A stretch of DNA of 64,000 bases, taken from positions 96,001 to 160,000 of the forward strand of contig CBDHDG010000001.1 in assembly GCA_965261595.1 (NCBI GenBank), given 5' to 3'. Below are positions 19,234 through 29,409 of the stretch, one piece after another. The DNA comes from a bacterium. Its GTDB lineage: Bacteria > UBA8248 > JACPRG01 > G963555815. The stretch's first letter is position 1. Each line of letters starts with the position of its first letter. The notes beneath the pieces are model-generated. The model saw nothing but the letters and a program-made list of their open reading frames with translations, made no database searches and had not been told where the DNA came from. The translations under genes and the position numbers were made by a program.

Positions 19234-21570
19234 GTGACCCCGGATTTCATGAAAAACCCTAAGTACATCGGGACCGGCATGCCGAGGTTTGAAGACCGGC
19301 GGCTTCTGACGGGCGGGGGGCGGTTTGCGGACGACATCCACTGCCCCGAGGCCCTTCACGCGGCCTTCCTGCGGTCGCCCTATGCGCATGCACGCATTTT
19401 GGAAATCGATCTCTCACGGTGCGCCGAGGCGGGGGCCGTCGCCGCGTTCACGGGCGAGGACATGGGGACCGCCGGCGAGCCCTACCCCATTCAGGCCCCT
19501 CACCCCTCCATCCGGGGGCGCAATTGGGCGCCGCTCGCCCGGGAGAAGACACGCTTTTACGGCGAGCCTGTCGCGGTCGTCGTCGCGAAGAGCCGGGCCG
19601 AAGCCGAAGACGCCGCGGAAGCCGCGCGGGTGGAATACGAAGTCCTTCCGGCTTCGCACCATCCGATCCAGGCCATGGCGCCCGGTGCCCCGCTGGTCCA
19701 GGACGAGGTTGGGGACAACCTGTGCGCTCACCTGGAATCCACGATCGGCGAGCCGGACGAGGCGCTGTCGAAGGCCCCTCACGTGGAAGAATTCGAGCTG
19801 AAAACCCAGCGCGGAGCGGCGGGCGCGATGGAGTGCCGGGCGATCCTCGCCCAGTATGATCCCCGTCTCGACCGCCTCCGGATATACAGCTCGACCCAGG
19901 TCCCCCATGGCACACGCCAGCTGGTGGCGGCGATCCTCGGGCGTTCCGAGGCGTCGGTGGAGGTGCTCGCCCACGACGTCGGAGGCGGCTTCGGGCCCAA
20001 AGGAAGGCTCTACCCGGAAGACTTGGTCATTCCCTGGCTCGCGGTGAAGCTGGAGCGGCCGGTGAAATGGACGGGGGATCGCCTGGAATTCATCCAGGCG
20101 GCGATTCAGGAGCGAGAAGGCATCCACAAAGTCACCGTGGGATTCGACGGCGAAGGCAGGATTCTGGTTTTGCGGGTGCATACGATCATGGACACCGGGG
20201 CTTATCCGGTGGCCGGGCTCATCAATTCCCAGAACGTGATCACCCACGCCGTCGGTCTTTACAAGTTCGCCCATTACGCGGCCTCTCTGGATTTGGTTTA
20301 CACCCACCGCGTCCCATGCGGGCCGGTCCGGGGGGCGAGCCGGCCCCAGGGAACGTTCATCATCGAGCGGACGATGGACCGGATCGCCGGCGTTCTGGGA
20401 CTCGACAATGCGGAGGTGAGGTTCCGGAACTTCGTCCAGCCCGGCGACATGCCCTACGTCGTCGGCCTGCCCACCTGGGGCGGACCGATGACCTATGAAA
20501 GCGGCGATTACCCGGAGTTGCTGAAGCGGACCCTGGAAAAGGTCGGATACGCGTCGTTGCAAAAGCGGGAGCGCGGGAAGGGGAACGGAAAACTCCTCGG
20601 CGTCGGCATCGCCTGCAACATCGAGATGACCGGGAGCGGTCCGTTCGAGGGGGCGAAGATGCGGATCGAGCCGAACGGCACGGTCGTCGTGGCGACAGGC
20701 TCATGTCCCCAGGGGCAGGGCCACGTATCGACCTTCGCCCAGGTCGCCGCCGACGCGATGGGGGTGACTCCGGAGGACGTGAAGGTGCTCACGGGGGACA
20801 CGAACCACATCACGTACGGCGTCGGAACCTTCGGCAGCCGGAGCACGGTGAACGCGGCGAACGCCATCGTCCTGGCGGCCCGGGTGCTGCGGGAAAAGGT
20901 GTTCGCCCTCGCAGCCGCGAAGCTCGAAGCCGGGGAGGAAGACATGGACATCGCCGACGGGAAGGTGTTCGTCAAAAGCGCCCCCGAGCGCGCCATCCCG
21001 TTGGGAGAGCTGGCCCGATACTCGATGACCGGCGCCGGGGGGCCCCCGCTCCCCAAGGGATCGAACCCGGGCCTGAACGCCGAGGAGTATTTCAGGCCGG
21101 ACGTCCCCGCCTTCGCGTGCGGAGTCCACGTGGCTCTCGTCGAGGTGGACCCGGACACCGGGTTCGTGAAAGTCCTCCATTACACCGCCGGCCATGATTG
21201 CGGCACGGTCGTCAATCCCTTGCTGGTGGACGGCCAGGTGCACGGCGGCGTGGCCCACGGGATCGGCGACGCGCTCATCGAAGACCTCGCCTTCGACGAG
21301 AACGGCACGCCCCTGGCCTCGACGCTCCTGGATTACCTCCTTCCGCTCTCGACGGACATTCCGCCGATCGACACCATCCATATGGAAAGCCCCTGCCCCA
21401 CGAATCCTCTCGGCGTCAAAGGGGCGGGCGAGGGCGGGACCATCGGATCCATCTCCGCGGTTGTTTCAGCGATTGAAGACGCGCTGAAGCCGTTGGGCGT
21501 CCGGCTGAACGAATCCCACCTCCCGCCGGCGAGGCTTCACGCCCTGATTCAGCAGGCCGGCGGGGATTAA
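19234..21570 (+). CDS. molybdopterin-binding large subunit, xanthine oxidase family (not form I CODH)
   Basis: VGGGFGPK, QGQGH, GTFGSRS, GQVHGG, GVKGAGE; active-site loop is PVRGASR rather than AYxCSFR. Confidence 0.93.
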   Translation: MTPDFMKNPKYIGTGMPRFEDRRLLTGGGRFADDIHCPEALHAAFLRSPYAHARILEIDLSRCAEAGAVAAFTGEDMGTAGEPYPIQAPHPSIRGRNWAPLAREKTRFYGEPVAVVVAKSRAEAEDAAEAARVEYEVLPASHHPIQAMAPGAPLVQDEVGDNLCAHLESTIGEPDEALSKAPHVEEFELKTQRGAAGAMECRAILAQYDPRLDRLRIYSSTQVPHGTRQLVAAILGRSEASVEVLAHDVGGGFGPKGRLYPEDLVIPWLAVKLERPVKWTGDRLEFIQAAIQEREGIHKVTVGFDGEGRILVLRVHTIMDTGAYPVAGLINSQNVITHAVGLYKFAHYAASLDLVYTHRVPCGPVRGASRPQGTFIIERTMDRIAGVLGLDNAEVRFRNFVQPGDMPYVVGLPTWGGPMTYESGDYPELLKRTLEKVGYASLQKRERGKGNGKLLGVGIACNIEMTGSGPFEGAKMRIEPNGTVVVATGSCPQGQGHVSTFAQVAADAMGVTPEDVKVLTGDTNHITYGVGTFGSRSTVNAANAIVLAARVLREKVFALAAAKLEAGEEDMDIADGKVFVKSAPERAIPLGELARYSMTGAGGPPLPKGSNPGLNAEEYFRPDVPAFACGVHVALVEVDPDTGFVKVLHYTAGHDCGTVVNPLLVDGQVHGGVAHGIGDALIEDLAFDENGTPLASTLLDYLLPLSTDIPPIDTIHMESPCPTNPLGVKGAGEGGTIGSISAVVSAIEDALKPLGVRLNESHLPPARLHALIQQAGGD

Positions 21571-21830
21571 AACGGAGCCGGGGGGGGATCGGGCGGGAGA
21601 GATGATCCACCCGCGACCCACCGGCCCGGAGGCCTGCCGTCATCCGTCCCGGCGCCCACTTCCGGCTCATCCTTTACCGAGAGAACCGATTCGTCTTATC
21701 ATGGCGCGATGAATAGGTTTGACCGTGTTCGACATGGCCCGGCGCCCCGGCGATCCGGCCCGAAAAAGACACTTCACGGGAAGCCGTGATGAGATGAAAA
21801 TCCTGACAACCTGACATGGGACCACACAAC

Positions 21831-23102
21831 ATGAATATTGACACCATCCTCGCATCCATTGATCGCAAAGAGCTCGCGGAAGTCGCCCTGGGCTTCGGAA
21901 ACGTCGGCAGCCCCACGGGCCTCGAGGGGGAGATGGGCGAGGCCCTGTTCCAGTGGCTGACCGATCAAGGCTTCTCACCCCGCAAGATGGAAGTGGCGCC
22001 CGGGCGCCACAACGTCGTGGCCGTCCTGAAAGGGACCGGCGGGGGGAAGAACCTGATCTTCAACGCCCACATCGACACCAAGTACGGAGCGCCTGAGGAC
22101 GTCTGGAGCGCCGGTGAGATGCGCCCCGAATACGTCCGGGCCTGGATGGAAGACGATCGGATCTATGGCCAGGGGGTGTTCAACGACAAGGGTCCCCTGA
22201 CGGCCACGTTGTTCGCCGCGCGGGCGATCAAGGACAGCGGTGTCCAGCTCAAGGGCGACCTCTACATCACGGCGGTGGTCGGTGAGATCGGAACGGCCCC
22301 CGTGGACGAATTCCAGGGGAGCCGCTATCTGGGCAAGGGCGTGGGGGCGCGCCACCTGGTGGACCACGGCATCAACGCCGATTTCGCCCTGGTGGCTGAA
22401 TGCACCAACTTCGCCAAGACCTGGGCCCAATGCGGGTGCGCCTATTTCCAGATCACCACGCGCGGCGCCGGGATCTACACACCCTTCATCCCGCGGCCCA
22501 CGGCGCGCACCGAGAGTCCGAACGCCATCATCAAGATGGCCCAGATCATCAACGCCCTGGAGGACTGGGCCGACCGCTACATCGAGCGCGACCAGGTCGA
22601 TTTCGGCGGCGGCGTCATCAAACCCAACGTCAGCGTGGGTGCCATCCGGGGCGGGCTCCCCTGGAAGATCGGGAACTCGGTGGGGCGGTGCAGCATCTAT
22701 CTGGACGTCCGGATCCCCCCGGGAAAAAACCCCCTATATGTTCAGCCCGAGATCGAGAAGCTCATCGCCGAAACCGGGGTCGAGGCCGAGGTTCGGCCGT
22801 ATATGACCCGGCGGGGATACATCGCCGAGGGTCACGAACCGCTCACGGACTCAATCGAAAAATCCCATCAGAAGGTCTTCGGAAATCCCACGGAGACCAT
22901 CTTCACGCCCATCACCAGCATGTGGCGGGACATGAACATCTTCAATGAGGTGGGGATCCCTTCGGCGACGTACGGGCCTTCGTACACGAAGTCCTTCTCC
23001 CAGGGAGAGGAACAGGACGCCATCCAAGTCGACGACTTGCTGAACGCCTCGAAGGTCTACGCCCAAGTCGCGATGGACATCTGCAACACGGACGCGGATT
23101 GA
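21831..23102 (+). CDS. M20/ArgE-DapE family metallo-amidohydrolase, atypical
   Basis: FNAHIDT, IYGQGVFNDKG, VVGEI, AEC, TYGP. Confidence 0.85.
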   Translation: MNIDTILASIDRKELAEVALGFGNVGSPTGLEGEMGEALFQWLTDQGFSPRKMEVAPGRHNVVAVLKGTGGGKNLIFNAHIDTKYGAPEDVWSAGEMRPEYVRAWMEDDRIYGQGVFNDKGPLTATLFAARAIKDSGVQLKGDLYITAVVGEIGTAPVDEFQGSRYLGKGVGARHLVDHGINADFALVAECTNFAKTWAQCGCAYFQITTRGAGIYTPFIPRPTARTESPNAIIKMAQIINALEDWADRYIERDQVDFGGGVIKPNVSVGAIRGGLPWKIGNSVGRCSIYLDVRIPPGKNPLYVQPEIEKLIAETGVEAEVRPYMTRRGYIAEGHEPLTDSIEKSHQKVFGNPTETIFTPITSMWRDMNIFNEVGIPSATYGPSYTKSFSQGEEQDAIQVDDLLNASKVYAQVAMDICNTDAD

Positions 23103-23178
23103 GGAAGAGCGCCGGCGGCCGAGGCTCCAGCGATTCGCCGGCTTCGTTGCGAAGGGTCATGGGGGGGGGAGAACGAAG

Positions 23179-23841
23179 ATGACGGGCGCGTTCATCGAGA
23201 AAGTCGATGAGTTGAAAGAGGGGGTTTCGAAGGTCGCCGTCGACAGCGTGGAGGAATACTTCAAGGAGCGGCCGAGCCTGCGAAGCATGCTGGCGTGGCT
23301 TGAAGTGCGGAACGAACGGGAAATCGGGGCGGCCCAGATGATCTCCCAAGCCGTGGTCAAGATCCGGGGGATTGACAAGAAGATCCTCGTCAGCCTGGGC
23401 AAGTTCATCTGGGATGAAACCCGGCATTACCGGGACCTCAGCCGGCAGATCGAGCGAATGAAGGAAGGCGCTCCCGAGGAGGAGACCGCCCGCCTGGTCG
23501 CCCCGGAGGCCGAATCCGGATGGTGGGAGACGTTGTGGCGGAACGTCGAGAAGGAACAGCTCACGCCCTTCGCGGGCTTTTACGTCTCGGAGGGATCGGC
23601 CCTGTCCATCACCGATCCGCTCGTCACGGGCTTGAGGAAGTACGGGTACAACAAGCTGGCCGACCTCTATACGAAGATCGGCAGTGATGAGGAATTTCAC
23701 GTCGCCCTCGACCGGGAAATGATAAAGCGCTATGTCATCGAATCCGGGCAACAGGACCTGGTGATGGAAACGGCGACGGACGTGGCCGAATACCTTTCCA
23801 CCGCCTGGGCGTCCATCTTCCAGCGCAAACCGTCCGGATGA
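23179..23841 (+). CDS. ferritin-like (di-iron carboxylate) protein of unknown function
   Basis: E...DETRH...SEG...DEEFH repeated ExxH pattern; helical composition; G-rich RBS. Confidence 0.75.
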   Translation: MTGAFIEKVDELKEGVSKVAVDSVEEYFKERPSLRSMLAWLEVRNEREIGAAQMISQAVVKIRGIDKKILVSLGKFIWDETRHYRDLSRQIERMKEGAPEEETARLVAPEAESGWWETLWRNVEKEQLTPFAGFYVSEGSALSITDPLVTGLRKYGYNKLADLYTKIGSDEEFHVALDREMIKRYVIESGQQDLVMETATDVAEYLSTAWASIFQRKPSG

Positions 23842-23955
23842 TCTCTCCCTCGCGCGGCCCCCTAGATTCGGCGGCGACGCGCCGCTGTTCCGAATGGGGC
23901 CGCTCCGCTCTGTTTCCATCCGAAGGGGTCCGGGCGCGGGCCCTTCGCGAACCCC

Positions 23956-24997
23956 TTGAATCATACTGGTAAGACTTTGCCGACGTTCGGCCTATCCATG
24001 GGCGTGAGCCACCGGGAGCCCATCCGCCGGGCTGTCGAGGTCGTCAAGGAGGCGGACCGCCGCGGGATCGATTGTCTGTGGCTCATCGATTCCCAGCTCA
24101 TCATGAAAGACGTCCACGTCGTCCTCGCCCTTTGCGCGGCGGAGACGGAGCGGGTACGCCTCGCCACCGGCGTCACCAACCCCCTCACCCGCCACTTGAC
24201 GGTGACGGCCGGCGCCGCCTGCGCCCTCCAAGAGGTGAGCGGCGGGCGGTTTATTCTGGACTTGGGGGCGGGCGACAGCGCGGTCTACCCGCTGGGCCTT
24301 CGGCCCGCGTCGGTCCGCCGCTGCGAGGAGAGCCTTCGCACCCTGCGGACGCTCTTTCAGGGGGAAGAGATCTCGGAGGGAAACAGCGCCTTCCGCCTCA
24401 AAACCGCGCGAGCCGCACCCCTGTTTTTCGCCACCAGCCAACCGAGGATGCTTCGCCTCGCGGGCCGGGCGGCCGACGGCGCCAACATCCTGGGGATCGC
24501 CGCCCCGGAGATTGTCAATCAGCAAATCGAGCACGTCCGCCGCGGCGCCTCGGAAGCCGGCCGGAAGCCGGCGGACGTTTTCATCGACCTGTGGCTGACG
24601 CTCTCCGTGGATGCGGACAGCGGCGCGGCGCTGGACGGCGCGCGATCCTGGGCATCCACCAAGGCGCGCTGGCTCGCTACGTGGGAATCCCCGCCCTCCA
24701 CCCCTACCGGGAGGACATCGCGCGGGCGGCCAAGGGGTATGACTTCGCCGAGCACCTCTCCGTCGGCGCGTCTCATAAGCAGACGGTCAGCGACGATTTC
24801 ACGGCGGCCGTCGCCATCGCGGGAACCCCGAAGCACGTCGCCTCGCGGCTTCAGGAGCTCGTCAAATGGACGTAGACCGAATCACTTTGACCCTCCTTTC
24901 CGGCGGGAGAATGGAGCATCTCCGCCTCCTTTGCGAGGAGGTTCTTCCCCGCGTGAACCATTCCGGCGCGGAAACCCCTGCTCCCCGAAGTGACTGA
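23956..24997 (+). pseudogene. LLM-class (luciferase-like / F420-dependent) oxidoreductase; two frameshifts
   Basis: DSQL, LATGVTNPLTRH, PRMLRLAGRAADG. After a shift near 24690 it continues PALHPYRED...AIAGTP; after a shift near 24866 it continues MDVDRITL...EEVLPRV...stop. Confidence 0.8.
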
Positions 24998-26573
24998 GCG
25001 TCAGTCCACCTCGTCCGGGCGGCGGATGATGCCTTCCCCCGGATCACAGTCTTGGCCCGGCGTGTTGCTTCGTTTTCCTGTTCCCGTCTTGGCGCTGATC
25101 CTCATGGAATGCGCCCCGGCTCTCGCGCACGGCGCGGATGAGGCCCGCTTTGCCTCGAAAATTCCGGGATGGGTCGTCCTCGCGGCGGCGGCCGCCGCCC
25201 TGGTCCTTTCATTCCTCCTGCTGAACCGCTTCAAGCCGGGAGCCCGCCCGGATTCCGCACCGTCCGCGGCCTACAGGTCCCGCGATGTCGAGCACATCCC
25301 GATCCTGGCGTGGATTGTTCAAAGCCCCGCGGTCCGGCTCTCGGCCCGGCTCATCTCCGTAGGGCTGTTCCTGCTGGTCCTGGCGACGGGGTTCTTCGGG
25401 CGCGTCCACTCCAAATACAACGCCGCTCCCGAGCTTGTATGGACTCTCTTCTGGTTCGGTCTCAGCCTCTTCTCCTTCCTCATCGGAAATCCCTGGAACG
25501 CCGTCAATCCCTGGCGGGCGATGTTTCACTGGGCGTCGAAAGCGGCCGGACGAAACCTCTCCCTCGGCCTTCGCTATCCCGCCGCCCTGGGCATCTGGCC
25601 GGCCCTGATCCTTTACGTGTCATTCATCTGGTTCGAGTTGGGCTGGTTTCAATCCGATGAGCCGCGCTCACTCGCCCTGCTGGCGGTTCTGTACTCGGCG
25701 TATCTCTGGATCGGGATGGCGTTGTTCGGGACTGTCTGGCTGGAGCGGGCGGACCCTTTCACGCGCTATTTTCAGGTCCTGGGCCTTTTCGCGCCCCTCG
25801 GGCCGGGGAAGCGGGGGGGGGAGGGAGAGAGAGAGGGGGGAATCGAGCTGCGGCCCTACGCGTCGGCGTTGCGCGGCGCCCGAATGACCGCGAGTCTGGA
25901 AGTCGCGTTCGTCATCGCGATGATGTACTCGGTCACGCATGACGGATTCATGGCGACGCGGGAATGGGTGGGAGTCACCGGGGCCCTGATGGAACAGGCC
26001 ATGCGGATGTTTCCGGACGTTCCGGTGATGGAGGGCGTTCAACTGATCTCCTTGTTGATCGGCCTGTTGATCTTTGTCGCCGCGTATTGGGGGGCCTGCG
26101 CCTGGATGAGCGCGCTGACGGATGGGAAAACGGCCTCGGAATTGGCGAGGGCCTTTGGTTTCACACTTCTGCCAATCGCCTTCGGGTATTTTCTCGCCCA
26201 CTTCTTCATGGTCATAGGCCCCCGTTTTGCGGAGCTGGCTCTGGCGCTATCGGACCCCTTCGGCGCATCCTCGCCCGCACATCCCCCACCCGCCCAGCCG
26301 CCTCTCCCGAAGGGGCCGACGTTTTGGACGACCGGGGTCATTTGGGTCTCCATGATGATCCTGATTGTTCTGGGCCACGTCCTCTCGGTCATCACCGCCC
26401 ACCACACGGCCCGAAACGTCCTGGCCGGAACAAGACGGTTCGTCGCCGCCCAGCTTCCCATGTTGGCCTTGATGGTTTTTTACACCTGGGTCAGTCTGTG
26501 GATAGCGTCCCGCCCCCTCCTCTTCAAACCCCTGGCGCCCCTGTTCAAGGAGTTGACGACCAACCCGTATTAG
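24990..26573 (+). CDS. polytopic integral membrane protein of unknown function
   Basis: 527-aa ORF with many hydrophobic helices and NPW, WPA, LLPIAFGYFLAH, GHV motifs; start uncertain. Confidence 0.7.
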   Translation: MTERQSTSSGRRMMPSPGSQSWPGVLLRFPVPVLALILMECAPALAHGADEARFASKIPGWVVLAAAAAALVLSFLLLNRFKPGARPDSAPSAAYRSRDVEHIPILAWIVQSPAVRLSARLISVGLFLLVLATGFFGRVHSKYNAAPELVWTLFWFGLSLFSFLIGNPWNAVNPWRAMFHWASKAAGRNLSLGLRYPAALGIWPALILYVSFIWFELGWFQSDEPRSLALLAVLYSAYLWIGMALFGTVWLERADPFTRYFQVLGLFAPLGPGKRGGEGEREGGIELRPYASALRGARMTASLEVAFVIAMMYSVTHDGFMATREWVGVTGALMEQAMRMFPDVPVMEGVQLISLLIGLLIFVAAYWGACAWMSALTDGKTASELARAFGFTLLPIAFGYFLAHFFMVIGPRFAELALALSDPFGASSPAHPPPAQPPLPKGPTFWTTGVIWVSMMILIVLGHVLSVITAHHTARNVLAGTRRFVAAQLPMLALMVFYTWVSLWIASRPLLFKPLAPLFKELTTNPY

Positions 26574-26848
26574 CCGGGCGCCGCATGCGGGGTTGGCGTC
26601 GGCCGGGGATTTGCGGGTGAATCAGCGCCCCGGCATCGAGAGGATTCGTTTTCCGCAATCCGTCAAGAGGAAACGTCCCGCGGCGGGACGCGGGTTGACG
26701 AATGTCAGCCCGCTTACGTAGGCTCAAACCGAATTTGAACCAAGAGGGGACGGGCCGCGAGCCTGAGCATCGCCGGTCCATCCCCTCCGAACCCCTCCTT
26801 TCCATCACGAACAACGTGGAGCGGGCTTCTCGCACCGAGGGAAAATCT

Positions 26849-28489
26849 ATGGGCAACTGGGACGTCCCCCTTCCGGAAAACTATCTGAAGATCCCCCCCG
26901 CTCTGAACATGGCCGAAGCCGTTTGCGACCGCTGGGTGGCCGAGGGCGGAGGCGGCGACACGGCCATCGTCTTCGGAACCGAACGGATCACGTTCGGAGC
27001 GCTCCACGATCGAATGCGGCGATGCGCCCGCTTTCTTCTGGACCTCGGCATCGGCCCCGGGGACACATATGTCATTCGGTCCCCCAACCATCCGGGCTAT
27101 GTCGTGGCCGTCCTGGCAGGCCTACGAATCGGCGCCGTCCCGGTCTTGAGCAATTCCCTCCTCGGGCCCAAGGAGCTGGGCCACGTCATCGACAACTCGG
27201 ACGCACGGGCGATTCTGACGACCCGGGACCGCATCGAGGCCGTCGAAGCGGTTCGTCCGGACTGCCCCCGGTTGGAGCACGTCATTCTGTTCGACGACGA
27301 GCTTCCGGGCGCCCTTCCCTTCGACCGCTTCCTCGACGCCGAGCCGGCCGAGGTCGAACGGTTTCAGACCGGTCCCGAGGATCGGGCGTTTATGCTCTAC
27401 ACCTCGGGCACGACCGGGCCGCCGAAGGGAATCGTCCACGTCCACCGGTGGATCGTCGGAACCGGCGATCCCGTCGGGAACCTGATGCTGAAACTCCGCC
27501 CCGGTGACCTCAGCTGGAACCCGGCCGAGTTCAGCTTCATGTACGCCTGGGGCCACGGACTGATGCACTGCCTGTATAAAGGGACGGCCGTGTTCATCCA
27601 CCCCGGCCGGTTCGATCCCGCGCGGGCCGTCGGCGTGATCGCCGAAAACCGGATCACCGTCTTCTCCACCGTTCCCACGGCGTACCGGATGATCCTCGCC
27701 GGAGAAGATGGGGAAGGGGAGGACGAGACGCCGGCGGCCCGCGGCCTGGACGCGCTTCGACTCTGTGTCAGCTCGGGCGAGACCCTGCCGCCGGAGACGT
27801 ATCGGGAATGGAAGAAGCGCTTCGGCTGCGACATCATCGACGGCCTCGGCGTCTCGGAGCTTCAGAAGTTCTGCTGCAACCTGGACGGCGAGCCCATCAA
27901 GCCGGGTTCGACGGGAAAAACAATCCCCGGTTACGTCATGGAGATGCATGACGACGACGGGAAACCCGTTCCCGACGGCGAGGTCGGGCGCGTCGCGCTG
28001 CGGGAGGATTGCCCCGGCCTGTTCGTCGAATACCGAAAAATGCCAGAGCGGTGGGCGGAGAACCACATCAACGGGTGGTACTACACGGGCGACCTGGGCC
28101 GGTTCGACGAGGACGGATATTTCTGGTACCTGAGCCGGAAGGACGACCTCATCAAGAGCCGCGGCTATCTGATCTCCCCCAAAGAGGTGGAAGAGACCTG
28201 CATGGAACACCCCGGGGTTCTGGAAGCCGGCGTGATCGGGCTTCCCGACCCAGAGATCGGTTTCCGGGTGAAGGCCTACGTCATCCTGAAACCCTCTTGG
28301 CCGCCGGGCGAAGCAATGGCCCGGGAAGTGCGGGACCTGCTCCGCGAGCGCATCGCGCTTTACAAAGTGCCGAAAATCATCGAATTCCTGTCCGACCTTC
28401 CGAAAACCTCGACCGGGAAGATCCGCCGGAACGTCCTGCGAGAGCGGTCCTTGAACGAGGAAGCCGGCGAACACCGCTACGATTTCTGA
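26849..28489 (+). CDS. acyl/aryl-CoA ligase (benzoate-CoA ligase-like AMP-binding enzyme)
   Basis: YTSGTTGPPKG, SSGETL, YYTGD, R.DDLIK, LPKTSTGKI. Confidence 0.92.
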   Translation: MGNWDVPLPENYLKIPPALNMAEAVCDRWVAEGGGGDTAIVFGTERITFGALHDRMRRCARFLLDLGIGPGDTYVIRSPNHPGYVVAVLAGLRIGAVPVLSNSLLGPKELGHVIDNSDARAILTTRDRIEAVEAVRPDCPRLEHVILFDDELPGALPFDRFLDAEPAEVERFQTGPEDRAFMLYTSGTTGPPKGIVHVHRWIVGTGDPVGNLMLKLRPGDLSWNPAEFSFMYAWGHGLMHCLYKGTAVFIHPGRFDPARAVGVIAENRITVFSTVPTAYRMILAGEDGEGEDETPAARGLDALRLCVSSGETLPPETYREWKKRFGCDIIDGLGVSELQKFCCNLDGEPIKPGSTGKTIPGYVMEMHDDDGKPVPDGEVGRVALREDCPGLFVEYRKMPERWAENHINGWYYTGDLGRFDEDGYFWYLSRKDDLIKSRGYLISPKEVEETCMEHPGVLEAGVIGLPDPEIGFRVKAYVILKPSWPPGEAMAREVRDLLRERIALYKVPKIIEFLSDLPKTSTGKIRRNVLRERSLNEEAGEHRYDF

Positions 28490-28542
28490 CCCTCCGCCCC
28501 ATTCGCGGGAATCAACCGATCATGAACCCGGGCAGGTTTCGG

Positions 28543-29409
28543 TTACGAAATCGCCCCTGTGTATTTGGGCCGCTCCTTGTTCAGGAACGCCCGGATGCCC
28601 TCCCGGCAATCCGGCGTGCGCGTGATCTCGAGGACCGTGTCCAGCTCGTCCTTGAATCCGGCGTCGGTCTTGTTTGAATCCCAGTAGGACTTCATCAGCC
28701 GTTTCGCCTCCCGCACGGAAATCCGGGGACCTTGGGCGATCTTGCCGGCGAGCTGGAAGGCCTCGTCCAGAAGCTTCTCATGGGGGACGACAAACTCGAC
28801 AAGGCCGATCTCCAACGCCTCCCGGGCGGTCAGGATTCTGCCGGTGAGGGTCAGCTCCATCGCCCGCCCGTATCCGACCAGCTTGGGAAGGTTCCGGCAG
28901 CCTCCGGTCTCCGGAAGGAATCCCGCGACAACGGCGACTTCGCCCATCTTGGCCTTTTCCGAAGCGACGCGCAGATCGAGCCCTGTCGTCATTTCGAGCC
29001 CGACGCCTACGGCCATGCCGTTGATGGCCGCGATCGTCACCTGGGGCAGATCCTCCAGCTTGCGGACGGCGTTCTGCATCACGACGTGGAAGACATCGTT
29101 GACGTAGTACTCCATCATCTTGGCATACGGACCTTTGAGACCCATGTCCGCGCCCCTGACCTGAAGCCCCCCGCTCTCTTCCTGAAGATCGCCGCCGGCG
29201 CAAAACCCGGGGTCCGTTCCCGTCACCACAACAACCTGGATGTCCTCCCGACGCCGGATCCGGCCGCAGAGGTAGTCCAACTCCAGACTCATCTGTGGTC
29301 CGATGGAGTTGAGCTTCTCGGGCGCGTTGAGCTTGATCAATCCGATGCATCGGTCTTCTGGATCCAGCGGGCTCGGATGGACAGACCATTCGATCTTTTC
29401 AAATTCCAT
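28543..29409 (-). CDS. enoyl-CoA hydratase/isomerase (crotonase) family
   Basis: FCAGGDL, IAAINGMAVGVGLE, EALEIGLV, EGIRAFL.K..P.Y. Confidence 0.92.
   Translation of the reverse strand: MEFEKIEWSVHPSPLDPEDRCIGLIKLNAPEKLNSIGPQMSLELDYLCGRIRRREDIQVVVVTGTDPGFCAGGDLQEESGGLQVRGADMGLKGPYAKMMEYYVNDVFHVVMQNAVRKLEDLPQVTIAAINGMAVGVGLEMTTGLDLRVASEKAKMGEVAVVAGFLPETGGCRNLPKLVGYGRAMELTLTGRILTAREALEIGLVEFVVPHEKLLDEAFQLAGKIAQGPRISVREAKRLMKSYWDSNKTDAGFKDELDTVLEITRTPDCREGIRAFLNKERPKYTGAIS

Noticed and set aside
17865..21570. Aerobic CO dehydrogenase call
   Set aside because: The AYxCSFR Cu-binding loop is absent and no cox accessory genes are adjacent.
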